Positions 7,998 to 16,201 of a DNA stretch of 32,000 nucleotides are shown here, piece by piece (positions within the stretch are counted from its first letter, which is position 1; each line of letters begins with the position of its first letter). Position numbers and translations under genes: made by a program. Below the pieces are notes generated by a model. It saw only the letters and a list, made by a program, of their open reading frames with translations. It was not told where the DNA came from and did not search any database. The stretch comes from Candidatus Saccharimonas sp. (lineage in GTDB: Bacteria; Patescibacteriota; Saccharimonadia; Saccharimonadales; Saccharimonadaceae), in contig CP076101.2 in the NCBI GenBank assembly GCA_015256915.3, positions 360,001-392,000 on the forward strand, given 5' to 3'.

Positions 7998-10900
7998 CTA
8001 TTCCATCTCCCTAACTTTTTCTTCAATGAACGCAATTTCTTTTTCGCTCAAACCGTATTTTTTATAAAGTTGCTGGTCGATTTGAGCAATTGATTGCGAC
8101 CAGTCAATGTCAGAGTTGTTGGTAAAGTTTTGAAGAGGGACGTTACGCCAAGTATCTTTCTTATTGCTTTGCGTGATTTTTAGGGTGCCAAGCATTGTGC
8201 GCGCGAATTTAGTTTTTATGTATTTGAGCAAGTTTTCAGCCTCTTCACGGTTGTCAAAAGCTCCAAAACTTATAAATGTTTGCGTATGCCCGACAAGGGG
8301 TTCCCCGACAAGGGGTTCCCCGACAAGGGGTGTAGAGAGAACTTCGCCTATAGCGCCACTTCCATTGCTTCCAGGCAGCATAACTTTAAATTTTCGAAGA
8401 TTTGGATGCTCTTCGATATATTCAGAATTGATATATCGCCACTTGCGCTTATTTTTTATAACGCCAATAAACTTAAAACTATTTTCAAACTTCTTATTTT
8501 CGGTGAAGATATTATCCAAACTAGTTAGAACGGAGCTTGCAACAGTCTTTTCATGCCCTTTCGAAAGCTTCTCTTTTGCTTCAGGAAAATCTTGATGCAT
8601 TTTTTGAGAGAACTTATAACTATCGGTAGAATAATATAAAGAATCAAGAAAATCACTATTTTTATTTTTTTCAAGAACTTTATGCAAAGCAGAATTAAGC
8701 TCTTCAAAATGTGTAAATGTGCCAATTTTACCAAAGTTCTTCTTGGTGTCACGATAAGTTATAGCTACACCACCTTTAATATCAGTATTCGGGAAGACGT
8801 TACTTGAATCTTGCTCATAATAAGCCACCTTTAAATGTTTATCATTTAGCATTTTGGCGTTCCATTTTTTGGGTGTTTTACCAGCATTAAACAAGAATCT
8901 CGCAGGCGTAATAAAGCACACTTTATCTGCAAACTTATAAGCTTCACTCATAAAATAGTTATAAATTGGCTTATCACTAGTGTCTTTAGTTTCCTCCTGA
9001 TACGGCGGATTTCCAATCACAACATCAAATTTCATATTTAGCGGCTCTCCTTTCTTGAACTGCTCGGTTAAATCTTTCTTTTTTAAGTTCTGGCGAGAGA
9101 TTTCAGGGAATCCGCCATAAATATAGTTGGCTGCAATATCATAAACGATCTGGGTTGGCGCAAAACCAAAGAGCTGGTTTTCAAAAATATGCTTTAATCT
9201 TGCCTGCTCATCTGGAATTATATTTGCTAAACCATGGTTGAGCCTTTTGGCGGTTTCGGTTAGGAACAATCCACTTTTAATATGTAAATCACAAAAAGTA
9301 AGGTTCGGGTTAGAGAAAATCCCTGGGTTTTCAGCTTCGAGTATGTTAAGCATTTTGTTTACAACTTCGCGCGGCGTAAAAATTTGATTGCTTTTTTGCG
9401 CTGGAATGTAGCTAAAAATATCTTCTTTTGTTGTATTGTTCAAATAATCAGCAAGCCGTTCGCGTTTCTTTTCGAACTCTTGAATTGCCGCATTAAAGCG
9501 ATGTTTTTCAAAAAAGCCATCGAAGTGAATAATTTCGCCGTTTTCTTCATAATCACCACCATCACGTAGTTCGATAAAATCAGCTTTCGTAAATCGATCT
9601 GGTGCATGGAGCTTGTCACGTTCATTGAATAGCATTTCAAAATCTTCATCACTCACCGCATCTTGTAGATTATCTATAGTAAGGTTCCTAGGATCTTTTG
9701 CCGCCATCACAAAGCTTGGGATTGCTCGTGAGAATGTTCGGAGCTTTTCACGAATAATATCAAGCTCGGTTTTAGCATTATCTTGATAAGCTTGCTCTTC
9801 ACGATTATCAATCATATCGCGGGGTAGTTCTTTTTCAACAAAATCTGCAAGCTCAGCAATTGCCTTAGTTTTTTCTTTTTCTGTTTGAGGCGAATTTTTA
9901 AATTCTTCACTCACAGTTTTGATTTTCTCTACAATTTTTTCTTCAAGTTCTTTGATTTCCTTCTTACTTGGAGCATAAACTTCAACATATTTAGCAATAG
10001 GTTTGCTCAAAATATCTTCGTTAATTGCATCTGTTAATTGCTCCTCAAAGCTATCCATATCTTCTTGCGCACGCTCAAAAGCCTCACGAATTGGCTCGCC
10101 ATAAACCTTTTGTCCCCAAATAATATCGCGATTAACAGAAATTCTTTTTTGTTTTTGTTCATCTCGCTCACGATTATTGGAAATATCACGTTTTTCTTTT
10201 TTATTTGCCGTGCCATCTTCTTTCGAATTTTGCACTTTATTAAGTTTTTTAACGATTTCACTTGGAAGATTAAAAACATTACCAATATCTTTAAATAGTA
10301 AGTTAGTGATAAACCTACGCTTAACAATATCGCTTGCCATTTTAGCTGCGGGCAAAGTTAATACTTGCGAAGCGTCAAGCTCCACCATTTTACCATTTTC
10401 GTCTTGCGAAAGAACTGGAAAGAAATTGAGAAGTTCTGCCACATTTTCTTGCCGCTCACTTTCTGTAATATTACCAATTGCGCTTTTTTCACTTAAAGAA
10501 TTTGCGAGTTTATCATAAATCTCAAGCACACGATAAGGTGAAAAGTCAAAAACATAAGCCGACTTTTTACGATAAAGTTTGCCGTCTTTTTCATATTTAT
10601 ATGGGTTTTGTGCACGGAATATCGCCTGCGTGTAAAGAGTTTCTTTTTTCACATCACTCATCATTAGTACCGCCGACCATTCTTTAACCGTTACGCCCGT
10701 TGTAAGCTGACCAACCGAAAGTGTAATGGTTTTGTCATATTCTTCTATCGCCTTCCTTACGCGCGCTAAAGCTTTTTCATTCTTTTTAAAATCTTCAGCC
10801 TCCTCTTCAAAGTCTTCATTGTCCAAACTTCGGCCATCGCCGGCTGCTAAAATAATTTTATAATTTTCAAAAACTGGGTGTTTTTTAAGCAGCTTTTCCA

Positions 10901-12236
10901 TTGCTTTTGCTGAATTTACGCGATTTCCTACAAACCAAAAAGTATGCTTTAGCTCATTGCGAAGTTCTGGAGTTGAAAACGGATAACCTTCATTCTCGGT
11001 AAGAGTATTTAAAAATCGCCAAATATCAGCTTCACGCTTAAATTCACCCTTTGAATTGGTTGCCAAAAAATCGTTAAATTCAAAAACTGGTGGAATATTG
11101 TCCCCATTTACATCAATACCTTCTTCGATCTGCTTAGCTGTAACATCTGAAATTTTATAATTAAACAACCTTAAATCCGGCATATCTGTGTGATCGCCCG
11201 ATTCTTGACCATTCTTGAGCTCACTCTGTTTTGTTTTTTGCTCATCGAGATAAGTCCAGTTATAAATTTGTTCACTACTAAACTTACCTTCTGCCAAGGC
11301 TTTAAATGGCGTTCCTGAAAGATGAAGCGTAAATTTGCGTTTAATATTTTCAAAAGCCCTGTCCGTTTTATCAGTATCAACTGCTTCATGGGCTTCATCA
11401 ATCACTAATAAATCCCACTCTAGGTCTGCAACCCACTGCAATTTGTCAAAGCTTCCACCAAAAACTTTTGCACCTTTTAAATCTTGCAAACTCAAAAAAG
11501 TTATTTGTTTTTTACCGAAACCTTCAATTTGATTAAACTCTTCACGAGTTAAGGTTTTCTCTTTAATAGAGTCCGCTGTTGAGATAAAATGATAACCGTC
11601 AATAAATTTCTTATAGTCATTATACCAAGAATCGGCAATTGCTGGACGGTTAGTTACGATTAGAGTTTTTGTTGCTCCAAAGCGTTTCATAAAATCATAA
11701 GTTGTTAACGTTTTGCCGAAACGCGGTTTAGCATTCCATAAGAATTCAGCTTTTTCATTTGGATTTTTAAAATCAGTAGTTTGATTACGTTCAGCATATT
11801 CTAAGGTTTGCTCGACTGCATCTTCTTGCTCTGGTCGTAAAATATAGAATTTCTTGCCATTACTATCTACAAAACGGTCTTGACAAAAAGCTTCAAAAAG
11901 TTCTATCGACCTCTCTGGCGTACCATTAAAATAAAACCATTCAGTTCCATGACCTTTATCTTTCGGAATTGCATTTTGCTGATAATAGCGATGAAGCTCA
12001 TGGTCTTTGAACCATTTATTATTATTTTTTCTTGCAGGTCTAATCCATTTTATATCATAGGGTTCTTTATGTGAAGCGGTCTCGTTTTGTTCACGAATTC
12101 GAATTTTAGCATCTTTTCGCTCAGTATAGCCAATTTTTTGCCAGCCATCATTTTGGTGTCTATCTGGCAAAATATATGAATAAATTTGTGGATAAACTTT
12201 TTTAAATGTTTTGATCTGTTTTTTATCATCACTCAT
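7998..12236 (-). CDS. Single-polypeptide enzyme resembling Type ISP restriction-modification enzymes: T5orf172/GIY-YIG-like head, SF2 translocase, N6-adenine methyltransferase (NPPY), C-terminal target-recognition tail
   Basis: 1412 aa. N-terminus: IYSYIL..GWQKIGYTER..IRIREQN...GTEWFYF (KIGYT at 12123..12137). Helicase motifs: PRFGKT (11709..11726), DEAH (11388..11399), LSGTPF, QAIFRAQNP. Methyltransferase: IFTPREVVNKML, DLHIKSGLFL, VVIGNPPYQEE (NPPY at 9000..9011). The C-terminal tail ends ...HTQTFISFGAF..EEAENLLKYIKTKFARTML...DWS...LYKKYGLSEKEIAFIE, as in Eco57I/TaqI_C-type enzymes. Confidence 0.75.
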   Translation of the reverse strand: MSDDKKQIKTFKKVYPQIYSYILPDRHQNDGWQKIGYTERKDAKIRIREQNETASHKEPYDIKWIRPARKNNNKWFKDHELHRYYQQNAIPKDKGHGTEWFYFNGTPERSIELFEAFCQDRFVDSNGKKFYILRPEQEDAVEQTLEYAERNQTTDFKNPNEKAEFLWNAKPRFGKTLTTYDFMKRFGATKTLIVTNRPAIADSWYNDYKKFIDGYHFISTADSIKEKTLTREEFNQIEGFGKKQITFLSLQDLKGAKVFGGSFDKLQWVADLEWDLLVIDEAHEAVDTDKTDRAFENIKRKFTLHLSGTPFKALAEGKFSSEQIYNWTYLDEQKTKQSELKNGQESGDHTDMPDLRLFNYKISDVTAKQIEEGIDVNGDNIPPVFEFNDFLATNSKGEFKREADIWRFLNTLTENEGYPFSTPELRNELKHTFWFVGNRVNSAKAMEKLLKKHPVFENYKIILAAGDGRSLDNEDFEEEAEDFKKNEKALARVRKAIEEYDKTITLSVGQLTTGVTVKEWSAVLMMSDVKKETLYTQAIFRAQNPYKYEKDGKLYRKKSAYVFDFSPYRVLEIYDKLANSLSEKSAIGNITESERQENVAELLNFFPVLSQDENGKMVELDASQVLTLPAAKMASDIVKRRFITNLLFKDIGNVFNLPSEIVKKLNKVQNSKEDGTANKKEKRDISNNRERDEQKQKRISVNRDIIWGQKVYGEPIREAFERAQEDMDSFEEQLTDAINEDILSKPIAKYVEVYAPSKKEIKELEEKIVEKIKTVSEEFKNSPQTEKEKTKAIAELADFVEKELPRDMIDNREEQAYQDNAKTELDIIREKLRTFSRAIPSFVMAAKDPRNLTIDNLQDAVSDEDFEMLFNERDKLHAPDRFTKADFIELRDGGDYEENGEIIHFDGFFEKHRFNAAIQEFEKKRERLADYLNNTTKEDIFSYIPAQKSNQIFTPREVVNKMLNILEAENPGIFSNPNLTFCDLHIKSGLFLTETAKRLNHGLANIIPDEQARLKHIFENQLFGFAPTQIVYDIAANYIYGGFPEISRQNLKKKDLTEQFKKGEPLNMKFDVVIGNPPYQEETKDTSDKPIYNYFMSEAYKFADKVCFITPARFLFNAGKTPKKWNAKMLNDKHLKVAYYEQDSSNVFPNTDIKGGVAITYRDTKKNFGKIGTFTHFEELNSALHKVLEKNKNSDFLDSLYYSTDSYKFSQKMHQDFPEAKEKLSKGHEKTVASSVLTSLDNIFTENKKFENSFKFIGVIKNKRKWRYINSEYIEEHPNLRKFKVMLPGSNGSGAIGEVLSTPLVGEPLVGEPLVGHTQTFISFGAFDNREEAENLLKYIKTKFARTMLGTLKITQSNKKDTWRNVPLQNFTNNSDIDWSQSIAQIDQQLYKKYGLSEKEIAFIEEKVREME
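8289..8331 (-). repeat. 15-bp in-frame tandem repeat (2.9 copies) encoding (PLVGE)n inside the target-recognition tail
   Basis: Plus-strand unit cccgacaaggggttc at 8289..8303 and 8304..8318, plus a 13-nt partial copy at 8319..8331, all identical. It translates as PLVGEPLVGEPLVG. It is markedly GC-rich and uses GGG/CCC/GTC codons within an AT-rich gene. Confidence 0.95.
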
Positions 12237-12250
12237 CTTAAACTCTCCGA

Positions 12251-13129
12251 TTAATCTTTCTTATTTGCTACTTTTAGCCGTGTTTTCTTAGGTGTAAGTT
12301 TTGACGGCGATGCTCGCATCTGACTCATTACATCTGTTAAGTTTTCAAGGTTTGCAGATTTTATTTTCGAATAAGCTTTTTCAATATCTTGAAGTGAATG
12401 TTCTGAAATTTCGAAAGTCAAATCTTCAAAATTAGGCTTTAGATCGAAGAATTTAAGCTCATTTTTCTGCGTTAAAGTATTGCCAACAATAATATTATTA
12501 CTTAGAATTTTATCAATTGTTTCAAGAAAAAAGAACGAGTTTTTGATATTTTTAATATGCTTATAAATGATTTCTTTTAGGCGTTCACGTGATTCTTCAA
12601 CATTATCCTCTTGAATATCCACCGCATAAACATTTGATATTGCCAAAATTAAACAAAATTCATAAATCTCAACCTGAGCCTTTTTGCTTCTAGCATTCTT
12701 TTGCTTTTTTATTTTCGTATAAAAATCCGGAACCGAATTAAGTTTTCGGTTCAAAATTTCTACAAGAAAATTACCATTTCCACAAGTCGGCTCAAAGACT
12801 TTTTTATCTACTTGAGAAATTGTTGGCTCACATAAATCACACATCTGTTTAACAATGAACTCGGGCGTAAAAACTTCACCAAACTTCTTAACGCGCTTTT
12901 TTGACTTAATTAGATTCTCTTTTTGCTTTTGATTATTTTTAATGGCAGTTTTAGAAGTAGGGCTCATTTTTCTTTTACTAGATTCTTTTAGATTCTTAGT
13001 TGAAATTTTAGATTTTTTAGGATTCAAAGATTTTTGCTCTATTAAGCCGCCACCAAGTGAACCCTTATTGCTCGCAAGGTATTTTTTATTATCTTTTGTT
13101 TTATCCTCCGCATTCTCAGCTCTAGCCAT
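12251..13129 (-). CDS. Truncated N6-adenine-methyltransferase-like protein (motifs X, I, II present; motif IV NPPY replaced by NTLT) with lysine-rich tails
   Basis: 292 aa with FGEVFTPEFIV (motif X), FEPTCGNGNFLVEIL (motif I, 12767..12793) and YAVDIQ (motif II). IIVGNTLT (GNTL at 12473..12484) sits where xxxGNPPY is expected. Only ~75 aa follow, so motifs V-VIII and a TRD are missing. The N-terminal ~85 aa and the C-terminal tail are K/S-rich (SPTSK, SPSK, TPKK). Confidence 0.65.
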   Translation of the reverse strand: MARAENAEDKTKDNKKYLASNKGSLGGGLIEQKSLNPKKSKISTKNLKESSKRKMSPTSKTAIKNNQKQKENLIKSKKRVKKFGEVFTPEFIVKQMCDLCEPTISQVDKKVFEPTCGNGNFLVEILNRKLNSVPDFYTKIKKQKNARSKKAQVEIYEFCLILAISNVYAVDIQEDNVEESRERLKEIIYKHIKNIKNSFFFLETIDKILSNNIIVGNTLTQKNELKFFDLKPNFEDLTFEISEHSLQDIEKAYSKIKSANLENLTDVMSQMRASPSKLTPKKTRLKVANKKD

Positions 13130-13138
13130 AATAATTAT

Positions 13139-13167
13139 ATTTTACCAAATTTATCTATTTTTTGCAA
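13139..13167 (-). promoter_or_regulatory. sigma70-type promoter of the three-gene defence operon
   Basis: On the minus strand: TTGCAA (13162..13167), 17 nt, TAAAAT (13139..13144). Only 9 nt separate the -10 from the ATG at 13129, and there is no SD. Confidence 0.55.
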
Positions 13168-13170
13168 AAC

Positions 13171-13196
13171 AAAAACCACCTCCCGAAAGAGGTAGT
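13171..13196 (-). terminator. Rho-independent terminator of fusA
   Basis: Minus-strand RNA ACUACCUC-UUUCGG-GAGGUGGU forms 8 bp including one G.U pair, followed by UUUUUGUUUUG. Confidence 0.7.
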
Positions 13197-13215
13197 TTTT
13201 AAGTTTTCGAAATTA

Positions 13216-15306
13216 TTATTTAGCGTTTCGCTTTTCGATAATTTCTTGTGCAACGTTAGGTGGAACTTCTTCGTATTGCGCAAGCTCCATTGTTGAAGCT
13301 GCACGACCTTTACTCATTGAGCGTAGGTCTGAAGTGTAGCCAAACATATTTGCAAGAGGCACAAAACCTTTAACGAGCTTTGTTCCGCCCATCAAATCCT
13401 CCATAGCGTCGATTCGACCGCGGCGTGAGTTCAAGTCTCCGATTACATCACCCATGAATTCTTCAGGAGTTGTAATTTCAACTTTCATCACAGGTTCAAG
13501 AAGAACTGGGTTTGCTTTCTTGATACCTTCACGAGTTGAAAGTGCACCAGCCAATTTAAAGGCCAATTCGCTCGAGTCGACATCGTGGTAAGAACCATCG
13601 TAAAGTGTAGCTTTAACGTCAACTACTGGGTAGCCAGCAATCACACCGCCTTCAAGCGTTTCAAGCACACCTTGTTCAACTGGTTTGCGGTATTCTTGTG
13701 GCACAACACCACCTTTAATTTCATCAAAGAATTCAAAGCCTTTTCCTGGCTCATTTGGCTCAAAACGAATCCAAACATCACCATATTGACCACGACCACC
13801 AGATTGTTTTGCGTGTTTACCTTGAGCTTCAGCAGTTCCACGAATAGTTTCACGGAAGGCAACTTGTGGCTCACCAACATTAGCTTCAACGTTAAATTCA
13901 CGCTTCATTCGGTCGATCAAGATGTCAAGGTGAAGCTCACCCATTCCTGACATAATTGTTTGACCAGTTTCTTCATCTGTGTGAACTCGGAAAGTTGGGT
14001 CTTCTTCAGCAAGTCGTTGAAGAGCAATTCCCATTTTTTCTTGGTCGGCTTTAGTTTTTGGCTCAACCGCAATCGAAACTGGAGGTTCAGCGAACTCAAT
14101 ACCTTCAAGAATTACACCGTGGTTCAAATCACAAAGAGTTGCACCAGTTGTAACATCTTTCAAACCAACAACAGCGGCAATGTCACCAGCAGCAACTTCT
14201 GAAATTTCTTCACGCTTATCAGCATGCATTCGAACGATTCGTCCGATTCGCTCTTTTTTACCAGTCATTGTATTGAGAACATATGATCCAGCAGTAATTT
14301 TACCACTATAAACACGCACGAATACGAGTTTTCCAACAAATGGGTCGGTTGCAATCTTAAATGCAAGTGCAGAAGTTGGTTCATCTACAGACGGTTTACG
14401 CTCAATAGCTTCACCAGTTTTTGCGTCAGTTCCTTTAATCGAAGAAACATCAAGTGGGCTTGGAAGGTAATCATTAATCAAGTCAAGAACTTTTTCAACA
14501 ATCACACCACGGCCATCACCACCAGTTACTAAGAAGAAGTCACCAGCAAGAACTCGTTTTCGAAGCGCAGCTTTAAGTTCAGGAATTGTAATTGATTCCT
14601 CACCTTCTTCGAAGAATCGCATCATCAATTCATCATCAGCTTCAACCGCATTTTCAACAAGCAATGAGCGTGCGTTTTTAGCTTTTTCAAGCATATCTGC
14701 TGGAATTTCACCAACTTTCAACTCATGGTCAGCGTAGTTATCATAAGTGTAAGCTTTCATGTCAATAAGGTCGACAACACCATTAATTTCTTGTTCGAAA
14801 CCAATTGGCAAGTGAATTGGGAAAGCTTGTTTGCTTAGACGGTCATGAATTGATTTAATAGATTTATAGAAGTCACCACCAGTTTGGTTAATTTTGTTGA
14901 TAAAACAAACACGTGGCACGCCATATTTGTCGGCTTGTCGCCAAACAGTTTCAGACTGAGCCTCCACACCCATTTTACCGTCAAAAACAGTCACGGCACC
15001 GTCAAGAACACGAAGTGAACGCTCCACTTCAGCAGTAAAGTCGATGTGTCCTGGGGTGTCGATAATGTTAATTTTGTGATCTTTCCAGAAACAAGTCACA
15101 GCAGCAGAAGTAATTGTAATACCTCGCTCTTTCTCTTGAGCCATCCAGTCGGTTGTTGCACCATCACCTTCACCACGAACAACACCGATTTTGTGTGTCA
15201 AACCAGTTCGGTAAAGAATACCTTCTGTTGTTGTAGTTTTACCGGCATCAATGTGCGCAATAATACCAACATTTCGGAAATTTTCCAATGGAGTATTTTT
15301 ATTCAT
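13216..15306 (-). CDS. fusA: Elongation factor G
   Basis: 696 aa with [25 protein letters not shown], and full-length EF-G domain III-V motifs. An AAGAGGAA SD precedes the start. Confidence 0.97.
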   Translation of the reverse strand: MNKNTPLENFRNVGIIAHIDAGKTTTTEGILYRTGLTHKIGVVRGEGDGATTDWMAQEKERGITITSAAVTCFWKDHKINIIDTPGHIDFTAEVERSLRVLDGAVTVFDGKMGVEAQSETVWRQADKYGVPRVCFINKINQTGGDFYKSIKSIHDRLSKQAFPIHLPIGFEQEINGVVDLIDMKAYTYDNYADHELKVGEIPADMLEKAKNARSLLVENAVEADDELMMRFFEEGEESITIPELKAALRKRVLAGDFFLVTGGDGRGVIVEKVLDLINDYLPSPLDVSSIKGTDAKTGEAIERKPSVDEPTSALAFKIATDPFVGKLVFVRVYSGKITAGSYVLNTMTGKKERIGRIVRMHADKREEISEVAAGDIAAVVGLKDVTTGATLCDLNHGVILEGIEFAEPPVSIAVEPKTKADQEKMGIALQRLAEEDPTFRVHTDEETGQTIMSGMGELHLDILIDRMKREFNVEANVGEPQVAFRETIRGTAEAQGKHAKQSGGRGQYGDVWIRFEPNEPGKGFEFFDEIKGGVVPQEYRKPVEQGVLETLEGGVIAGYPVVDVKATLYDGSYHDVDSSELAFKLAGALSTREGIKKANPVLLEPVMKVEITTPEEFMGDVIGDLNSRRGRIDAMEDLMGGTKLVKGFVPLANMFGYTSDLRSMSKGRAASTMELAQYEEVPPNVAQEIIEKRNAK

Positions 15307-15398
15307 TTGATTCCTCTTAAATTTATTATTTTATTGCTGTTTCACGCTAGTTTTGTTGTTTTTTTCGAAACCAGCACAAAAACAGCGCTTCGCTAACA

Positions 15399-15427
15399 AT
15401 TTTATCATATTTTTTAAAATCTGTAAA
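15399..15427 (-). promoter_or_regulatory. sigma70-type promoter of fusA (about 90-nt leader)
   Basis: On the minus strand: TTTACA (15422..15427), 17 nt, TAAAAT (15399..15404). Confidence 0.6.
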
Positions 15428-15440
15428 GTAAAAATAGCCA

Positions 15441-15466
15441 AAAGAAAAAGCCAGATTTTTCTGACT
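15441..15466 (-). terminator. Rho-independent terminator of the small membrane-protein gene
   Basis: Minus-strand RNA AGUCAGA-AAAA-UCUGGCU forms 7 bp including one G.U pair, followed by UUUUCUUU. Confidence 0.55.
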
Positions 15467-15480
15467 CTATCAGTTAATAG

Positions 15481-15696
15481 CTATCTTTTTAAACAAGCAT
15501 TAACTCGAACAGGAACAGTATTTTTTGGTTTAAAAACTTTTGGAAGCAAAAAGAGCGAAAGCCAAAAAAATCCAAACATAAATATTCCAAAATTCCAACT
15601 TGTCAAATAGGTTAAATAACAAGATAGACTAAAGACTGTAGTAAAGTACAAGAACACGAATAATGGTTCCTTTGCTTCTCTGAATGCTTTTTTCAT
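15481..15696 (-). CDS. Small hydrophobic (2-TM) protein, 71 aa
   Basis: The ORF has its own consensus promoter and terminator. A GGAGG SD (15708..15712) lies 11 nt before the ATG at 15696. The track start at 15714 is a TTG that contains that SD. Confidence 0.55.
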   Translation of the reverse strand: MKKAFREAKEPLFVFLYFTTVFSLSCYLTYLTSWNFGIFMFGFFWLSLFLLPKVFKPKNTVPVRVNACLKR

Positions 15697-15747
15697 AAGG
15701 ATAATTTCCTCCAAATGTTCTATTTTCCACTTTTGAGCGGAATTTCT

Positions 15748-15776
15748 ATTTTATCACAACTTTCGAAGAAAGTCAA
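15748..15776 (-). promoter_or_regulatory. sigma70-type promoter of the small membrane-protein gene
   Basis: On the minus strand: TTGACT (15771..15776), 17 nt, TGaTAAAAT with the -10 at 15748..15753. Confidence 0.6.
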
Positions 15777-15784
15777 TAATGGGA

Positions 15785-16201
15785 TTAAAGCTTCTCCCCG
15801 TTTCTTGCGCGATTCGCCCATTCATCAGCCATTTCATTAAACTCATGACCAGCGTGCCCTTTTAGCCATTTTAGCTCTACATTCGATTTTTTATAAAGCT
15901 CAAAAAGCGGCTTCACAATATCAAGATTCTTAATTTCACCATTTTTCTTCTTCCAGAAATTTTTCTCCCAAGCTGGCGCCCATTTTATTAAAACATTAAC
16001 CCAAAACTCACTATCTGTTAAAATTTCAGCTTCTTCACCATCTAAAATTTCGAAAGCTTTTTTCAAAGCTAATCCTTCCATTCGAATATTCGTGCTTGCA
16101 TTTTCAGCTCCCAAAGCAATCGGTTTTCCGTTTTCAATCACGGCAAAACCACCAGGGCCAGGATTCGGTGAAGCACTTCCGTCCGTAAAAATCGTTCGCA
16201 T
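15785..16201 (-). CDS. rnhA: Ribonuclease HI
   Basis: 138 aa with FTDGSASPNPGPGG, RMEGLAL, LTDSEF and GHAGHEFNEMADEWA, so the DEDD/H catalytic set is present. Its ATG overlaps the upstream stop as TAATG at 16199..16203. Confidence 0.88.
   Translation of the reverse strand: MRTIFTDGSASPNPGPGGFAVIENGKPIALGAENASTNIRMEGLALKKAFEILDGEEAEILTDSEFWVNVLIKWAPAWEKNFWKKKNGEIKNLDIVKPLFELYKKSNVELKWLKGHAGHEFNEMADEWANRARNGEKL

Noticed and set aside
7994-8035. N-terminal extension of the RloC-like ORF (MRSLKKKLGRWNRN...)
   Set aside because: It starts at a TTG lying inside the 3' end of the upstream gene. The ATG at 7993 follows that gene's stop by 4 nt and has a GGAG upstream.
8289-8331. The tandem repeat as a CRISPR array or minisatellite outside coding DNA
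   Set aside because: The units are contiguous with no spacers, only 15 bp long, and in frame within a CDS.
8164-8595. Plus-strand ORFs antisense to the large minus-strand genes, e.g. 8164..8595, 10177..10518, 13585..13950, 15046..15396, 18956..19306 and 27449..28012
   Set aside because: They lie fully inside genes with strong family motifs on the other strand, have skewed low-complexity composition, and lack SDs and promoters. Long antisense ORFs are expected in AT-rich coding DNA.
302-13215. The fusA-tuf insert as a recognisable mobile element (ICE, prophage or transposon)
   Set aside because: I found no integrase, transposase, recombinase, terminal inverted repeats or flanking direct repeats. 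Only the composition of the RloC-like gene looks foreign.
15353-15610. Plus-strand ORF of 85 aa
   Set aside because: It spans the fusA promoter, a terminator and the antisense of the small membrane-protein gene. It has no SD or promoter in the plus orientation.
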